Positions 14,354-27,832 of a stretch of DNA of 64,000 nucleotides are shown here, piece after piece. The stretch is from Eledone cirrhosa. Its lineage: Eukaryota. The stretch is taken from assembly GCA_964016885.1 (NCBI GenBank), contig OZ024742.1:157418001-157482000 (forward strand), read 5' to 3'. Below the pieces are notes generated by a model, which saw only the letters and a program-made list of their open reading frames with translations, was not told where the DNA came from and did not search any database. The position numbers and the translations under genes were made by a program. Position 1 is the stretch's first letter, and each line of letters starts with the position of its first letter.

Positions 14354-14357
<4 letters not shown>
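12216..14357. mobile_element. Decayed Naiad-type Penelope-like element with inverted segments, flanked by (TA)n
   Basis: Minus 12420-12960 reads RRHNVLWFHPPY...LEKNFPSNHRY; plus 13118-13547 reads CNCSNPNNCPLQGYCLIRNVIYRC...*IGTTSGEFKTRF...CQLCLME (GIY-YIG). Confidence 0.8.
12356..12414 (-). ncRNA. Type I hammerhead ribozyme
   Basis: GCTGC-CTGATGA-GGTCATAAC...GTTATAGCC-GAAAT-ATAT-ATT-GCAGC; stems I and II pair. Confidence 0.8.
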
Positions 14358-14433
<76 letters not shown>

Positions 14434-14462
14434 GTGGGAAAGTATGTATATGTATATACATA

Positions 14463-15186
14463 CCAGCAGAGGTACCCGGCGTTGCTCAGGTAATAAATAG
14501 CAGTCATGTATAGCATTCATGTCAGAGCTTCAATGCTGCTTCGAAAACTATACTTGTACAAAATCATCAGCTTTTTGAAAAAGGGTGTTCCTGCCCACAG
14601 GGATCCCATACTCAATATGTGCTAATTTTGAGTATTCAAATTCATCTGTTTAATATGCGTAGCCCATGTGCCAAGTTTGGTGAAATTCGGTTGCGAAATC
14701 CAGAAGTTATGATGTTTTGTTGCATTGCACTGCAGAGCTTTAGTCGACTCTAAGGAAGCGGTTAGATGGGGTTATCTGTCCCTGGGGCCCTATAATCAAT
14801 ATCTAGAAAAAGTGCCCATGACCATCCGGAGTACATAAGTAACCCCTGTCTTAAATCAACGCTGCTCGTAGTGCTCTAACACTCTTGCAGTAGCTTTACG
14901 TCCAGGATCTTGCGATCGTCTAATTGCAGCCTGCATTGATGATACATTTCCTTTTCTCCTTTTCTCTCTCTAATCTTTCGCCGTTTTTCGACGAATAGCG
15001 GATCTCTTCCTTGAGACATTATCTAAGGAAAGAGGACGTAACACACTAAGATGAGTAAAATGTCAATGGGACTGGAACACTTCTGGGAACAAAACGCAGG
15101 TTTGTCCCAAATGTGAAGAAAATCGGTTTCAAACTGGAAAAGTCATGTGGGTACGGAGATACGCACACACGCATCCTTATTTATAT

Positions 15187-15199
<13 letters not shown>
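14463..15199 (-). mobile_element. Non-autonomous Helitron-like element
   Basis: A|TCTATATATA 5' end; 3' end CCTGAGCAACGCCGGGTACCTCTG-CTGG|T (GC hairpin plus CTRR). Confidence 0.65.
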
Positions 15200-15217
<18 letters not shown>

Positions 15218-15430
15218 TCTTTATTTACCATAAAGGCATAAAAAGAAGGGACAAATACAAAGGGGGAGTTTACATATAATCGAGTAAAAAGGGTGTAACA
15301 TGAAAATAATCGAAAATAACCTCAAAAGGGAGGGGACGTGATGGGGGTTGCACACACCCCCGAAAAAGTGTGCAATCCTTTGCCCGGGGAGCACATGGAG
15401 AAGGTGCTCCCCTCTCCTTTACTTCTTTAC

Positions 15431-18400
15431 CTACAGGATGGTATACAGAGAAGGCCCATTTACACGAGACATTCTCGCCACTATCACCCACCTTTCATAA
15501 AACTGCCTGTGGCCAAGCACCTCTCTCTCCATTCTTATCCTTCTTCCGAAGTGATATCGGAAGAAAAGACCAGACTATGGCCAGAGAGGAAGTTGCCTGA
15601 CCTCAGACCTTTCAATCGTGTCCACCAAACAACCTCTTTCAACATGGCTATTACGCACAGAAAAACCGCCTTTGCTTCCTTTGTGAAGAGGGGAGGCGGT
15701 TTGATTGTCATCACGGACTCGGCGGTCAATTTAATCGGCGCCACCCGCGACAGTAGTCGTTCGGCGTAGCCCCACAGATCAGCCACGCCCGGACATTGCA
15801 CCAATGCGTGCGCAACGGTTTCTTCGTGACGCACGCATCTAGGGCAAATCTTTTTTGAGGGATCCCTGCCCGGGCGCCCGTGTCTGTAGAGCCTCTCTCG
15901 AACGGGTAGAGCCCCCCGGTAGCACTGCCAGGCCAGTGACTTCTGGAAGTTGTCCATTGGTCCTGGGCCGAAAGTCCTACCGAACAGGCTGGCCAGTTCG
16001 TCTTCTTCCATGTCCAGCGACTCTCCAATGGTGTCATCGCCCCTGCTAGCCACCAGCCCTCTATAGAATGATGAGGTGGATTCTCCACCGATGGCCTGGC
16101 CCGCTTGCCAGAGAGCCCTGAGCGCCTGAGCACACTCAGTGTGCCAGTCTCCCAGTTTTCCGGATCTTTGCTTGACCCAGGACTGTAGCTCGGTGAGCGA
16201 GACGAGTCTCGGAAAGGCTCGTTTCACGAACGGAGCCCATACCGGTTGACCAGTGAGGAATACCTGTAGGTGCCGTAGCCTTAAAACGTGCCTACGCATC
16301 ATCAACCACGGCATCCCCAGCCCTCCTTTCGAAGGTTGTTGGCAGCAGATGGATCTTCTCACCATAGGAGGACGCTTCTTCCAAAGAAATTGGAAGAGCA
16401 TGCGTTCCATGGTGGTGAGTGATTCCTTAGGGCAAGGCACGACAGTCAGGCGGTAGTAAGTGACGGACGCTATGTAAATGTTCGCCACCTCCGCCCGGCC
16501 TTTTAGGGACAGCTTACACTTGGCCCATTTCTGGGTTAGTGCAAACACCTTGTTCGTAACCTCGTTCCAGTTCTTTTCCACCTGGAGGTCCGGTCCAAAC
16601 CAGACCCCAAGCAACTTTACCGGGCCCTCCGTCCAGTGTCCGACGACACCGTCAGGAGGCATCGGTCTGCCTCTCCACGTTCCGAGTTGCAGCCCGATGG
16701 ATTTTTCCCGGTTCAGTTTCGCTCCTGACAACCTTTCCTACTCCTCCAGTAAGGTACCGATCGCCTCGATCTCCGAGTCGGTTGATACCATTACTGTTAC
16801 GTCATCGGCGTAGGCCGACACCGCTTTGCTCAATCCTGGTTCCAGGGGGATACCCTGCAACAACTCCAACTTCCTCAGTAAAGGCTCGAGAGTCAATACG
16901 TACAGAAGGGAGGAGAGAGGGCACCCCTGTCGAATGGATCGTGTGATTTCGAACGGCTTCGAAAGGTAGCCGTTCACCTTGATCCTAGAACAGATGTGGT
17001 TGCTATGTAGGGCAGTGATCCAGCCTCTGAAAACAGGACCGAACCCAGCCGCCGCTAGCACCGCATCCAGGTAACCATGGTCGACCCTATCGAAGGCCTT
17101 AGACTGATCCAAGTTGATCAGGGCCCCACCGAAGCCGGGTTTGTTGCCAACCCTCTCTATGATGTATCGCATGTGGTGGAGGTTATCGTGAATGGACCTG
17201 GATGGGATAGCACATGTCTGCGCATCTCCCACCAGGCCACCCACGACAAGCGCCAACCTCTTTGCTAACACCTTGGCCAAAATCTTTAACTCTGTGTTTA
17301 GCAGGGTTATGGGCCGAAAATTATTTATACTATCCCCCTTGTTCTCGTCCTTCCTCACCAGCGTGACTACGCCCTTGGCTACAGAACAAGGAATTCTCCC
17401 GTTTTGCTGCCAATTGCAGTAGACCGCTTCGAGGAGTTCGGAGAAGAAGACCGGCATTGCTAAATAAAGTTCGTAAGGTATACCATCGAGACCTGGAGAT
17501 TTGCGTCTGCTGCATTGGCTCAGCGCATCTCCGATCTCATCAGCCGAGATTGGTCCCTCGCAGGACTCTGCCTCTTCGTTCGAGAGACGCGGCAGGCCGT
17601 CGAGGTATGGACCGAAATCCACGCCCCCGCCCGGACCCTCGCCTCCCCCGAACAATCGGGCAAAGTGCCTTTGAAAGGCCTCGCACATCTGCTTAGGCTC
17701 CCGGATCACCCGTCCATCTTCGTCTTGCAATGACCGGATGGAGGATCGATTTCCACTCTTAGCTTCTGTCACGCGGGCCCATCCAACGGCTTTGGCCCCC
17801 TCATTACCTAGAGCACGTATTTTACTTCGAATGACGCAGCCTTCGTGCTTTGCATCGAAAAACTGGTTCAAGGCCGTCCTCGATGCCAGCACTCTGGCCA
17901 CATCTTCGCTCTTGATTGCCTCTTCTAATTTACCTGTTAATTCTTTCTCGTTTCTATTCCTATCGGCAGCTAACATCTTGCTATAACTTATTGATTCTGT
18001 TCTAATCTCTCTTTTGAGAGATGCCCACCATCGGTTGTTGACGATTGCACCCGTCAACCTCTCCTTAACTAATCTGCTAATCCGGTTTCTGTAAGTCTCT
18101 TTTGCCGGTAAAGACAAATTAAGTTTCCAGTAACCGGGACCCTGTCTATGTGTTTTCTCGAGATTGACCACGCAGGTCACTAATTTGTGATCCGTGTAGC
18201 CAACCGTGCGCATTTCTGGACAGCTTAATATGTCCCTATCCTTACTTCTAACTAAGAATCTATCTAAGTACGATCTAGATTGACCACTGTGGTTTCTCCA
18301 AGTCCAGGTAGGCACAGTTGGAAAATCTAGTCGATATCTATCGACCAAGTTAAAACGGTCGAGTAACCCCTTGAGGCTGTTACACCCCCCTCTATTAGGA

Positions 18401-18867
18401 CATGCTCCTGCATAGTCCCAACGTGCATCCAGGATGTCATTCCAATCCCCCGCTAGAAGCAGGGAACGCAACGTTCCCAGAAAAGTCTCCAAACGCTGGA
18501 AGAAGTCGGGCCGTTCAGCTCCGAAAGGGGAGTAGACGGCGACCAGTCTCAAGGCCGCACTTTCACTTCTGCCAACGTCTAGCACCAACAAACGACCCTC
18601 CGGGTCCGAGTGCACAACCTGTACGGCAAGACCCAGGTGTTTTTGCAGCAGTACGACAACCCCACCCCCACCTCCAGGTTGACAGAGAGATGCATGCACC
18701 TCAAAGTCATCGAAGGTGGGGGCCAGCTGCCGCACGACGCTGATTCGAGTCTCACAGATAACCATTACATTTATACTACATGACCTGAGGTCAATCAGAA
18801 GCTTTGCTTGCTTCCAAGTTGAGCCCAGGCCATGTGCATTCAAACATCCTACTCTTAACACATCCAT
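15431..18867 (-). pseudogene. Tx1 ORF2 (APE endonuclease, reverse transcriptase, zinc-binding region) with one TAG and one late frameshift
   Basis: GCLNAHG, ICET, GDWN, YLDRF, TDH, SPGLDG, RPITLLN, DQSKAFD, RQGCPLS, YADD, CPRC..HEETVAHALVQC; LLEE*ERLSGAK at 16738-16740; frameshift in T-run ~15567. Confidence 0.92.
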
Positions 18868-18900
18868 GTGGGCGGCAGAGCCAAAGGAGAGTGTAGAGAC

Positions 18901-20775
18901 CTACCTTTCCGCTTCCCGGGGTTCGGGTTGCACGACTTCCATGGGGTCGGGGGTGTTGGGTGAAGGGGTGTCTTGTGGTGGTGTGGGGTCGTCAGTGTGT
19001 GGTGGGGTTGGGGTGTTTGGAGTTTTGTTGGGGAGGGGAAGGGTAGGGGGAAAGCTTTTTAGTAGGACGCGGTTTATGGGTTTGGCAGAGGGTGGTCCTA
19101 CGTCCTCCTTAAAATCCTTTTTTAGTTTTTGGTAGAGGTTCATTGGGATCTTTATTAGTTTTAAATGTGGGTAGTTTTCTGAGGAAACAAAGTTTACACC
19201 TTCGGTTTGTACCGAAGGATTATTGTATATGAGTTCATTTAATTTATTATTGTTTCTGTTGATGTAAGTATAGTGTAATGTCTTTTTTTCCGATGGTGTG
19301 AGTGTTTCGAAGAGGGGAGGGGCAGGTTTGGTTTTGTTTGTTGCTGGAGGGGTGTTTTCTGTTTTGTTGGATTGTGTTGAGATTTGGGTGGGGGTTGTTT
19401 GTCCTTGTGTGTTTTGCACATGTTTTCTTTTTTTCCTTTTAATCTGTCTGAAGGACTCCGTTTCTTCCTCCGAATTCGTTGGGTCATCTTCAGTGTTGGA
19501 GGGAAGAGGTATGTTTTCTGGTAATGTTTCCGTGTTGGTTTTCTTTGTGGGGGAGATGGATGTCACTATGTTAGACTGTGTTGTGTGTTGTGTCTGCGGT
19601 GGTTGTGTTGTTTTATTGAGTGAGAGGTTGGGTGGGCCTGTATTTTGTTTTGGGGTAATGTGTTGTGACTGTTTGTGTTGTGGTGGTGTTGTGGTTTTAC
19701 TGAGGGACAGGTTGGGTGGGACTGAGTTTTGTTGTTTGTTTATCTGTTGTGGTGGTGGTGGTGGAGCTGGTGTTGGTAGCAGGGTTTTCTTTTTGTTGAG
19801 TTGGGGACAAGCGGCCTCCAGGTGCCCTCTGCCTGCACAGATATGGCAGGACGGCCTTCTCGCCTCCACGCTAATGTTTATATACCCGTGGTCCTCTAAT
19901 AGGATTCTGTCGGGTATTTGGGCGATGCGTTCAGGCTTCATTTGTACTACCAGCTCTATACCTGTTCCACTGAACGCATTGCCTGTGGTTTTCCCAATGG
20001 AAATCACGTTGTCATTCACTGGATCGATGAAGCCAGCTATGAGCCAGGAGGAGTCCACATCTGGCATCATTGCATCCAGCCATATGCGTTGAGTTCTTTT
20101 CCCCATATAAGATGGATAAAAGGTGAAATTTTTCGAACGAATCGGTGACAAAGCACATTTTTTTGCCGCCGATTCGTTCTTCATGATAATTGCTAGGCTT
20201 CCATACAGTCTGTCTTTTCTTATGAAAGTGGTTTCATTAAGTACTTCTGTGAGTACTGTTTTGATATCTGCTTGAGAAGGCTGTTCAGGTTTTTTTGTAC
20301 TGTTGTTGATGGTCCGAAACTTGACCGTTCGGCTTGCAATGTCTTTCGTGAATTCTTGAGGCATTTTTACCGATAAAATACCATTCTCTCCTTCACTTAT
20401 GTATTGTTTGGCGTCCGTGATCCTTCGTACCACATCTGAAATGTTTTCCGCTATATAAGTCAAAAATTTCTTTGTTTTCTGTGCAAATGAAATCTTGTCG
20501 TCTGCTTTGTTTTCTGATATGGTGTTATTTTCAAATGTTATTTTTGTGTTTGTTGTGTCTTTGTTTGTGTTATTAGTATTGTCATGCAATTTTTCAAATT
20601 TTTTTTTTTCGTTGTTGGAATCCAAGTCCAGATTTGTGTTTTCGTCATTTTTTTTTTCCGCAGATTCGTCTGTTTTTATTTTAATTTTTCCTTCCTTCTC
20701 TATGACGTTAGTTGGGAAGGAAGGGGGGACTAAAGCGTGCGAGCTTACAACTCTTACCGCTGTCCCCCCCACCAC
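18901..20775 (-). CDS. Tx1 ORF1 (gag-like nucleic-acid-binding protein with CCHC knuckle)
   Basis: 624-codon open frame; CHICAGRGHLEAAC knuckle, Pro/Thr/Gln-rich linker, KRKKRK; directly upstream of ORF2; exact start codon uncertain. Confidence 0.85.
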   Translation of the reverse strand: MVGGTAVRVVSSHALVPPSFPTNVIEKEGKIKIKTDESAEKKNDENTNLDLDSNNEKKKFEKLHDNTNNTNKDTTNTKITFENNTISENKADDKISFAQKTKKFLTYIAENISDVVRRITDAKQYISEGENGILSVKMPQEFTKDIASRTVKFRTINNSTKKPEQPSQADIKTVLTEVLNETTFIRKDRLYGSLAIIMKNESAAKKCALSPIRSKNFTFYPSYMGKRTQRIWLDAMMPDVDSSWLIAGFIDPVNDNVISIGKTTGNAFSGTGIELVVQMKPERIAQIPDRILLEDHGYINISVEARRPSCHICAGRGHLEAACPQLNKKKTLLPTPAPPPPPQQINKQQNSVPPNLSLSKTTTPPQHKQSQHITPKQNTGPPNLSLNKTTQPPQTQHTTQSNIVTSISPTKKTNTETLPENIPLPSNTEDDPTNSEEETESFRQIKRKKRKHVQNTQGQTTPTQISTQSNKTENTPPATNKTKPAPPLFETLTPSEKKTLHYTYINRNNNKLNELIYNNPSVQTEGVNFVSSENYPHLKLIKIPMNLYQKLKKDFKEDVGPPSAKPINRVLLKSFPPTLPLPNKTPNTPTPPHTDDPTPPQDTPSPNTPDPMEVVQPEPREAER

Positions 20776-20918
20776 TATTTTCGTTCGCTGCGTTTAACAT
20801 TTCTGTTAGACGATTGAAATTTTTTACACAAAATTTTTTTTAAAACAAGTTTTTCACCTCTAGGAGGGGTAAAGATGAGCTGACCCACCGCCTGACAGTT
20901 CAGACGGAGGGTCAAGCT

Positions 20919-21703
20919 ACACAATTGTATCAAAATTAAGTTTGAACTCACAAAATTTCCTCAATAAATTTGAACAAAACTTCTGTGCGAAGTGAATGAC
21001 ATCCACACTGTAGAACAGACGACAGCTAGATTAATAGATAGATAGAAAGATAGATAGATAGATAGATAGGTAGATAGGTGCGTGTTTGTGTGTGTGTGCG
21101 GACATTGTAACTTCCCCGGGGACACATACGCATACACATACACACAGTCGCAGTACGTCTTATGTGAAAGAGAGAGAGAAAGAGACGTAAGGTTGAGGAA
21201 ACAGTATGTAAAAATAGAGTTAAAGTTATCGATCGCTGCTATCATTTCTTCCCTCCCAATCCCCTCACTTTATTTCTCTCTTTGTCAACCCCCCCCCTCT
21301 CTTTTCTCATATTCTCTCTCTTTTTCTCTACAGAATGGAGAACAATTAAGAACGCATATTATATATTTCTAATAAGATGTTGCCTCGTTTTGGAGGACTA
21401 AGTTGTGGGAAGACGGAAGTGGAGTAGTGGGATGGATGGTTTAGCATAGAGTAGTTGTATCTCTTATTCCCCCTCTCTCACTGCAACGTCTTCTCTTTCC
21501 TCCTCCACTGTAAAATTTCCCAGGTGTTCCATGGTTGATTTTTATTGAAATCCAATTAGCCAGTTCGATTTCTGAATATTAGCTTAACATGTGTGTAAAG
21601 TTTCATCATGATCGGATCACTGGTGTATGAGCCAACTGGTTATACACAGATACACAGATACACAGATACACAGACGGACAGAAAATGTCAATTATATAGT
21701 AGA
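20919..21703 (-). mobile_element. Non-autonomous Helitron-like element fragment
   Basis: 5' TCTACTATATAAT...CTGTCCGTCTGTGTATCTGTG microsatellite and CCGATCATGATGAAACTTTACAC, similar in style to 14463-15199. Confidence 0.5.
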
Positions 21704-21739
21704 AATATATATTTGTCGACAAGTCACCACACCTCATTC

Positions 21740-21937
21740 ACTTAATGAGTGGGGGTTCATCACGTCAAATCTGACCGAGGAAATAATGTTTCCATTGGTC
21801 TTTCCAACTTCTAATACTATCTGTCGGTCTCAAATCCAGGTAGAGAGAGCTCAAGGACATAACGCGTCGAATAGTCCTGGAATCAAAATCACAATCTCAT
21901 GAATCCAATTCTCTAACCATACAGCCACGCGCCTGCA
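21740..21937 (-). mobile_element. Decayed tRNA-derived SINE (second family)
   Basis: GGCGCGTGGCTGTATGGTTAGAG A box; degenerate B box GATTTTGATTCC; TGTCCTTGAGC. Confidence 0.5.
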
Positions 21938-22415
21938 CACATATATATATATATATATATATAATAAAAATACTCCTTCCTCAGTGATTTTCCAACCTTC
22001 ATTGGTATTTCATCGCTTTAAAAATCATATACCTCCAGTTGGTGCGAGCAATAGCTAAATATAACTATTGGGACAAGTAAATCGCGTAAAGTGAGCGAGA
22101 CAGGTAAACAAACATAGAAGGATAGCAACGCAAAGATAGGAAAAAACAAGCACATGGGAGTCCGATCAGCTTAACGTGTGAAGATTTCATGAGCGAGAGA
22201 CAGCAGACCGTCCGACGCGAGTGAGGTGTGAGCAAGAAAGGACTCCACTTCAGGCCAAACGGGGGGACGTGAGAAGCGGAGAAGCAGAGAGTGAGTGAGT
22301 GGAAGTGCGAGGAAGAGGCCAGTCGAGAGAAAGTGTAACTGACAGAGCGGGCGAAAGAAGGTGAGAGAAACAGAGAGAGGGGGAAGCAGTAAGAGAGAAA
22401 CAGACACACGCATAC

Positions 22416-22528
<113 letters not shown>

Positions 22529-23164
22529 AGCCTATATGCGTGCCTGTGTGACTGTGTGTGTGTATCTCTATGTGTGTATGAGTGTATGTGTATATGTGTG
22601 TATTTACGTTTACAATATAATATGATCGATTTTCTTATTGATATGCCGTAATTGCTTCAGAAATACTGAAGGAAAAAATAGATAATGATAAAGATATAGA
22701 GTATGACAGGCAGAAGGATATTGTTATAACTGGCAGATATAGCGATCTGCATTTTTGAAAAATGTCAACTATTTTCTAATAATTAAAACAAGTTTGAAAC
22801 AGCGCCACAGTGTCATATTTTGACAGACAGAAAGATGTGAAAAACATTATAATTTAGATTGTTTAGCCAATGATTGAGCCTATTTGAAATGTTACAATGA
22901 TTAAAAAAAAATCTATTCGCGGAGTTGATTACACATTTCTGTGTATACTTTCTCGGTTAAAAGATTACGGTGATATTTTGAGGAATTCTGACTCCTAATT
23001 CTAACAGTAACTACGTATATGACTTTTACGTGGTGAAAAGGGAGGGATCGGATACAATGATTCTCACAAGCTATCTGCTTTTTCAGTACAGAATTGCCGA
23101 GGTCAACGTCACCTGCAATCTATTGTAGTTCGATAAGTAAAGGACCAGTTCAATACTAAAATTA

Positions 23165-23228
<64 letters not shown>

Positions 23229-25176
23229 CTATTTTTCCCCTCTCTCTCTTTCTCTCTCTCGTTCTCTCTTTCTCACTTTCTTTGTATCCATCAATCTATC
23301 TATCATTCTATCTGTCTATCTACTTCGTTTGCTCACTCTCCCGATATCTCTCTCTTCTGAAAAGATCTTATATCTTCAATGCCGAGGGAAGATTACTTAC
23401 GGCGTGTAAAAGTACTGAATATCTGCTATATAACCTTACGGCACCTATATGATTCTATCAGGAGATATGGGACAAAACTTAAGTAAAGATACTAATTACT
23501 CTCCTGTTTGTTTGAGGGTAGTGTATAATTGGAGGAAGTTTTGTCGAAGTTCGAATTTCTACCTACACACTCAAATAATTATTGTGACGTGAATACTTAC
23601 GACTGAGGTCTATCTCATTGTTGATTGAGTGGACGTACTTAATAAATCAGTGACAAAATTGTGCTTTTCTTAGAGATATCTTCGGCGAGAGCCTGTATCA
23701 TGCCTTACTAGAGAGTATGCGGGGTTTTGAAGAAAGTTAATATCTATATAGGAAGGTAACTGTTGAAGGAGGATATAGCGATGTATTATTTTTAAAATGA
23801 TTCTAGGAATATACTATTCATTTAAATGCATTAAATATCCGAGATTTACTGGGAGAATTAAAACATTGTTTCGTTAGTTGCAATTAAGATTTTAAACATT
23901 TCTGCTGGGCAACCGTACACACACAACGTTCACACACAGATATTTGCGTGTTTAATTATTACATTATTAAAATGTCATTAATGAATAAGGTAAAGGTATA
24001 TATTTAAGGTAATTACGTTTTCACACGTAACTTAAGTATCATTACAGTCAATGAGTGCATTTAATTAGCTTCCTGTGGCAGTAGATATACAGGCATATCC
24101 AATCATTTTATATAGACGTTCGTAAAAAAAGCCTGAGAAGAAATGTTCATGTTTGAAACAAATGCCTATAATATTGTTTATCCTGAAATCCTTTTACTGC
24201 GTATGATATAATGTTTAAGTTAACCAAGAGCAGCGTAGTCATGATGTTTTCGGATACTGGGTATCTTTTCGTGAAATCAAACATTACCAATTACATCATT
24301 TTGCCTTCTCTTTCCCTTTGACAGATACTTTCAAATACATACTTTATTTCCCTCAAAAGATAATGAAATTAGATAGTAAATATCTGACGTGAGATATTGA
24401 AAACCCTGACCTACTTCTACAGTAATCGAATAAGAAATTAATATTATAAATTCGTAATGGTTTTTTCACGATTCCTATCATAACGGTAACATATGTTATG
24501 GGTTTCATCAAGTGTAATATTGAATGAGAAGTGGCACAACTATTGTTTAGCAAATACATCTTTCGATTTCCGCGTATCACTATTCAAATGAATTACGCTG
24601 TATTTACAACCTATAATGTTTCCGATTTTGGAACAAAGCCAACAATTTTGGGGGACGGGAAAGTTGATTAAATCGATCCCATTCCGTTACTTGAAAATGT
24701 GAAAGATATTTTTAATAAACCAACAATCTTAGAAATCAACAACCCTTTTGTTCCCGGGACTGGTGTTCAGCCATTTGTCAATATGGAGTTTAACCTGATC
24801 AAACAATGAATGTATATATCACATATAATTGGAGAATGTCAGAAAATCAACGTATAACTTTCTCAAGAGAGTGTTAATCAGACTGCTCTTGTTGCAGGTT
24901 GGCCATCATCACTCATGTCATTCATTAGAGCTAAATACTTAATGAGACATTCCAAAGGACTATATGTTCTATTTATTGGGATGCAGCAAACGCCCGACAA
25001 AATTCCTGATGGTAGATGAACAAACTCGATCTTCAAGTTACACAGGGCATCTGCTCAGACAAGGAGAGAAGCAGTCTTAAGTAGTTACCTACATAGAGAA
25101 ATTTGAAATCTATGAAATCTATGATCTATTTAGTGAGAACGATTCTTTTCACTTACGTTCTCTTTGCTCTATATAA

Positions 25177-25791
25177 TCTATAATAAAGTAAGGAGCGCGG
25201 GACTGCGTACGGTTTATACTTTGTTTAACCCTTAGTAAAATAAGTTGGATTACTTTGAATAAATAATTGTTTCTACTTTTGGCACAAGGCCAGCAATTAC
25301 CCAATGCATTGCTGGTACTTTATTCTATCGACCCCGGAAGGATGAAAGGCAAAGTTAACCTCGGCGGGATTTGAACTCAGATCATACAGGGAGATAACTC
25401 TATGCTTCAAAGCATAATGAATGAATATTACATAATTCATCTACTAAATTCCGTGGCAGCCGATTAAATATATTTTGTTTATTTAAAGATTCATTTCTTT
25501 AAAATGTTCAAATGTCAACACTTCCGGTTGGCCATCGCTAATTTTCTGTCACTAATTTTCTCCTAATGCAGTTTATATATAATATCCTATTTTTTAATGT
25601 ATCATGGATTACGTTACTGATTACATAAGACAGAGTAACGCAGTCTTCGTTCAAGTTCTATGTATTATATATTGTCAATTACGAGTTTATTATATGTATC
25701 ATATCTACATGTATATATACCTGCGTATAATATCAATATACACACTACACATGTTAGCAGAAAACCACCCGAAGTGTGGTTTTTCTGCTAG
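25177..25791 (+). mobile_element. Non-autonomous Helitron-like element containing a SINE
   Basis: A|TCTATAATAAAG start; terminal hairpin TAGCAGAAAACCAC-CCGAAGT-GTGGTTTTTCTGCTA and CTAG|T end. Confidence 0.5.
25263..25414 (-). mobile_element. Nin/Deu-like SINE, 5'-truncated
   Basis: Core and B box match other copies. Confidence 0.85.
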
Positions 25792-25874
25792 TTAAAAAAA
25801 TAAATTGAAATGTTTACTAACATCTTTTTATTATATACACGAATCACAAAATATATCATTTGAACAGTTTAATT

Positions 25875-25972
25875 ATTTTGCAAGTTTCTTCGTGTGAAAT
25901 CGTGTCTTGAAAGGGAAATATTGACTTTTTTTTTGAGAGGGTCATTTTGCCAATAAAAACACACGCACTAGT
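25875..25972 (-). mobile_element. Diverged PLE pLTR/ORF-start fragment
   Basis: AAATCGTGTCTTGAAA...GAGGGTCATTTTGCCAATAAAAACACACGCAC resembles the reverse complement of 39362-39450. Confidence 0.6.
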
Positions 25973-26226
25973 AATTATTTCACTACAGTTTTGTAAATCA
26001 ATTTGATAATTAGTTCATTGATCGTTTAATAGAATGTTTCAACAAAGTTCTTTTTTCACAGCCGATGTCGGATGAAATTTGACGAAACAATTAATCAACT
26101 GATTGGTGAATAAATTATCTAATTGAAGAATAAAACTGTGTGAAATACAAACTGTGCCTGTCTTCTGATTGACAGTATGACCCGTTTAATCAATACTAAT
26201 ATATAAATATATATATAATTATATAT

Positions 26227-26344
<118 letters not shown>

Positions 26345-26786
26345 ATGTGTGTGTGTGCGCGTGTGTGTGTGTATGTCAGGCCGCTTTCAAGTGCTACTGG
26401 TAACATGTAGCCCTGTAGAACCTATCACATTTTCGGGTCATCGGCGAATAATCTGGCAACCCCAACTAGTCTGCTTGATGAGGAGGGTGATTATTTGATA
26501 TCCAACCGGACGAAAACAAAGCCCATCAAAAGAGGAAATAATGTGAATAAACGGCTATGCATAAGCGTGTACATACGTATATATTATGTATATCTGTTGT
26601 GCGTGCGCATGTATATGTGTATGTGCGTGTCTCTGTGTCCACGACTGTACATAAATGTATAAATATATATATATAAGCGTTACATAATTGGTGAAATATT
26701 TTTATTATACAAATACGAATAGGTACATACTACGTAACCATATATATATATATATAAATATAAATTCATCGAGAATCGCATTTTGG

Positions 26787-26828
<42 letters not shown>

Positions 26829-26968
26829 GAAAAGTGTAATTTTCTACACAAAACGAAGGTTATAGTGAAAATTGAGGTTGGTAATGGCACATGGAATATA
26901 TAAGAGACAGAATACTTTTTTGTGATAAAACATAATTTTATAAGGTAAGGAAATAATAAAGGGTATAA

Positions 26969-27016
26969 AAAATGACCGGTTTCGATGGGTCTGCAAAAGC
27001 CATCTTTTCAAATGTT
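26969..27016 (-). ncRNA. Hammerhead ribozyme, U3-A8 core variant (left arm)
   Basis: AACAT-TTGAAAA-GATGG...CCATC-GAAAC-CG-GTC-ATTTT. Confidence 0.7.
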
Positions 27017-27481
27017 GATTAATATTAAGAAAAATTAATAATACGAAGAGTTAAAATTTGAGATTTGAAAATTCAAGTATAAAATTCATTGTGGGATTTC
27101 ATAGCAGTTTTCATCTAGGTAGCAACAACAGGTTGACTGCTGTGTCCCTTTCTGGTAGTGAATGAGAAGTTATTTGGGGTGTGGGTTATTTTATAAAGGT
27201 CAGATTTAGCAATCGCCAACTGGCCAGCTGCTAGTCAGTGAGGGGTGGAAGCAATATACATACACATATCTTCCTGTGGTGGGTAGGAGAGTAGAGCGTG
27301 ATAGAAAGGGATTTAGTGCACTTACACCTATATATACACACATACATTCATCCACACATACATACATATACATATACATATACATATATATATATATATA
27401 TACATATACACACATACATACACACACACATACATATACATACACACATACACACACACACACATATATACACATACACAC

Positions 27482-27522
<41 letters not shown>

Positions 27523-27832
27523 TATATATACATACACATACATTCAGATACACACATACATACACACACACACACACATATATATATATACACCCCCACA
27601 CACACACACCCACACATACATACATACGCACACACACACATATATATATACATACACACATACAAACATACACACACACACACATATATATACACATACA
27701 TCCACATGCACACACATACACACACACACACATATACACATACATACACCCACACACAGAGAAATGGCCTCCAAATATATATATATATATATATAATATA
27801 AGATCAAAAGATGGTTAAAGGAGTTCCATATA

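Larger units (their letters stand above)
15217..20918 (-). mobile_element. Near full-length Tx1/L1-clade LINE
   Basis: ORF1 plus ORF2 (APE-RT-Cys-rich), 3' UTR ending AAATAAGAAA next to (TCTA)n. Confidence 0.93.

Noticed and set aside
19298-20797. Cys/Val-rich plus-strand ORFs (also 39978-40696 minus and 47603-48178 plus)
   Set aside because: Antisense shadows of A/C-rich retroelement ORFs
24298-24400. Strong splice-acceptor-like tract (also 4590-4600)
   Set aside because: All frames close quickly and no partner exon or recognisable protein
24690-25100. Slightly GC-richer stretch, possible LTR-element remnant
   Set aside because: No motif recoverable in any frame
26470-26525. TTGATGA...CGAAA hammerhead-like text
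   Set aside because: No stem III or cleavage triplet, and U3 without A8
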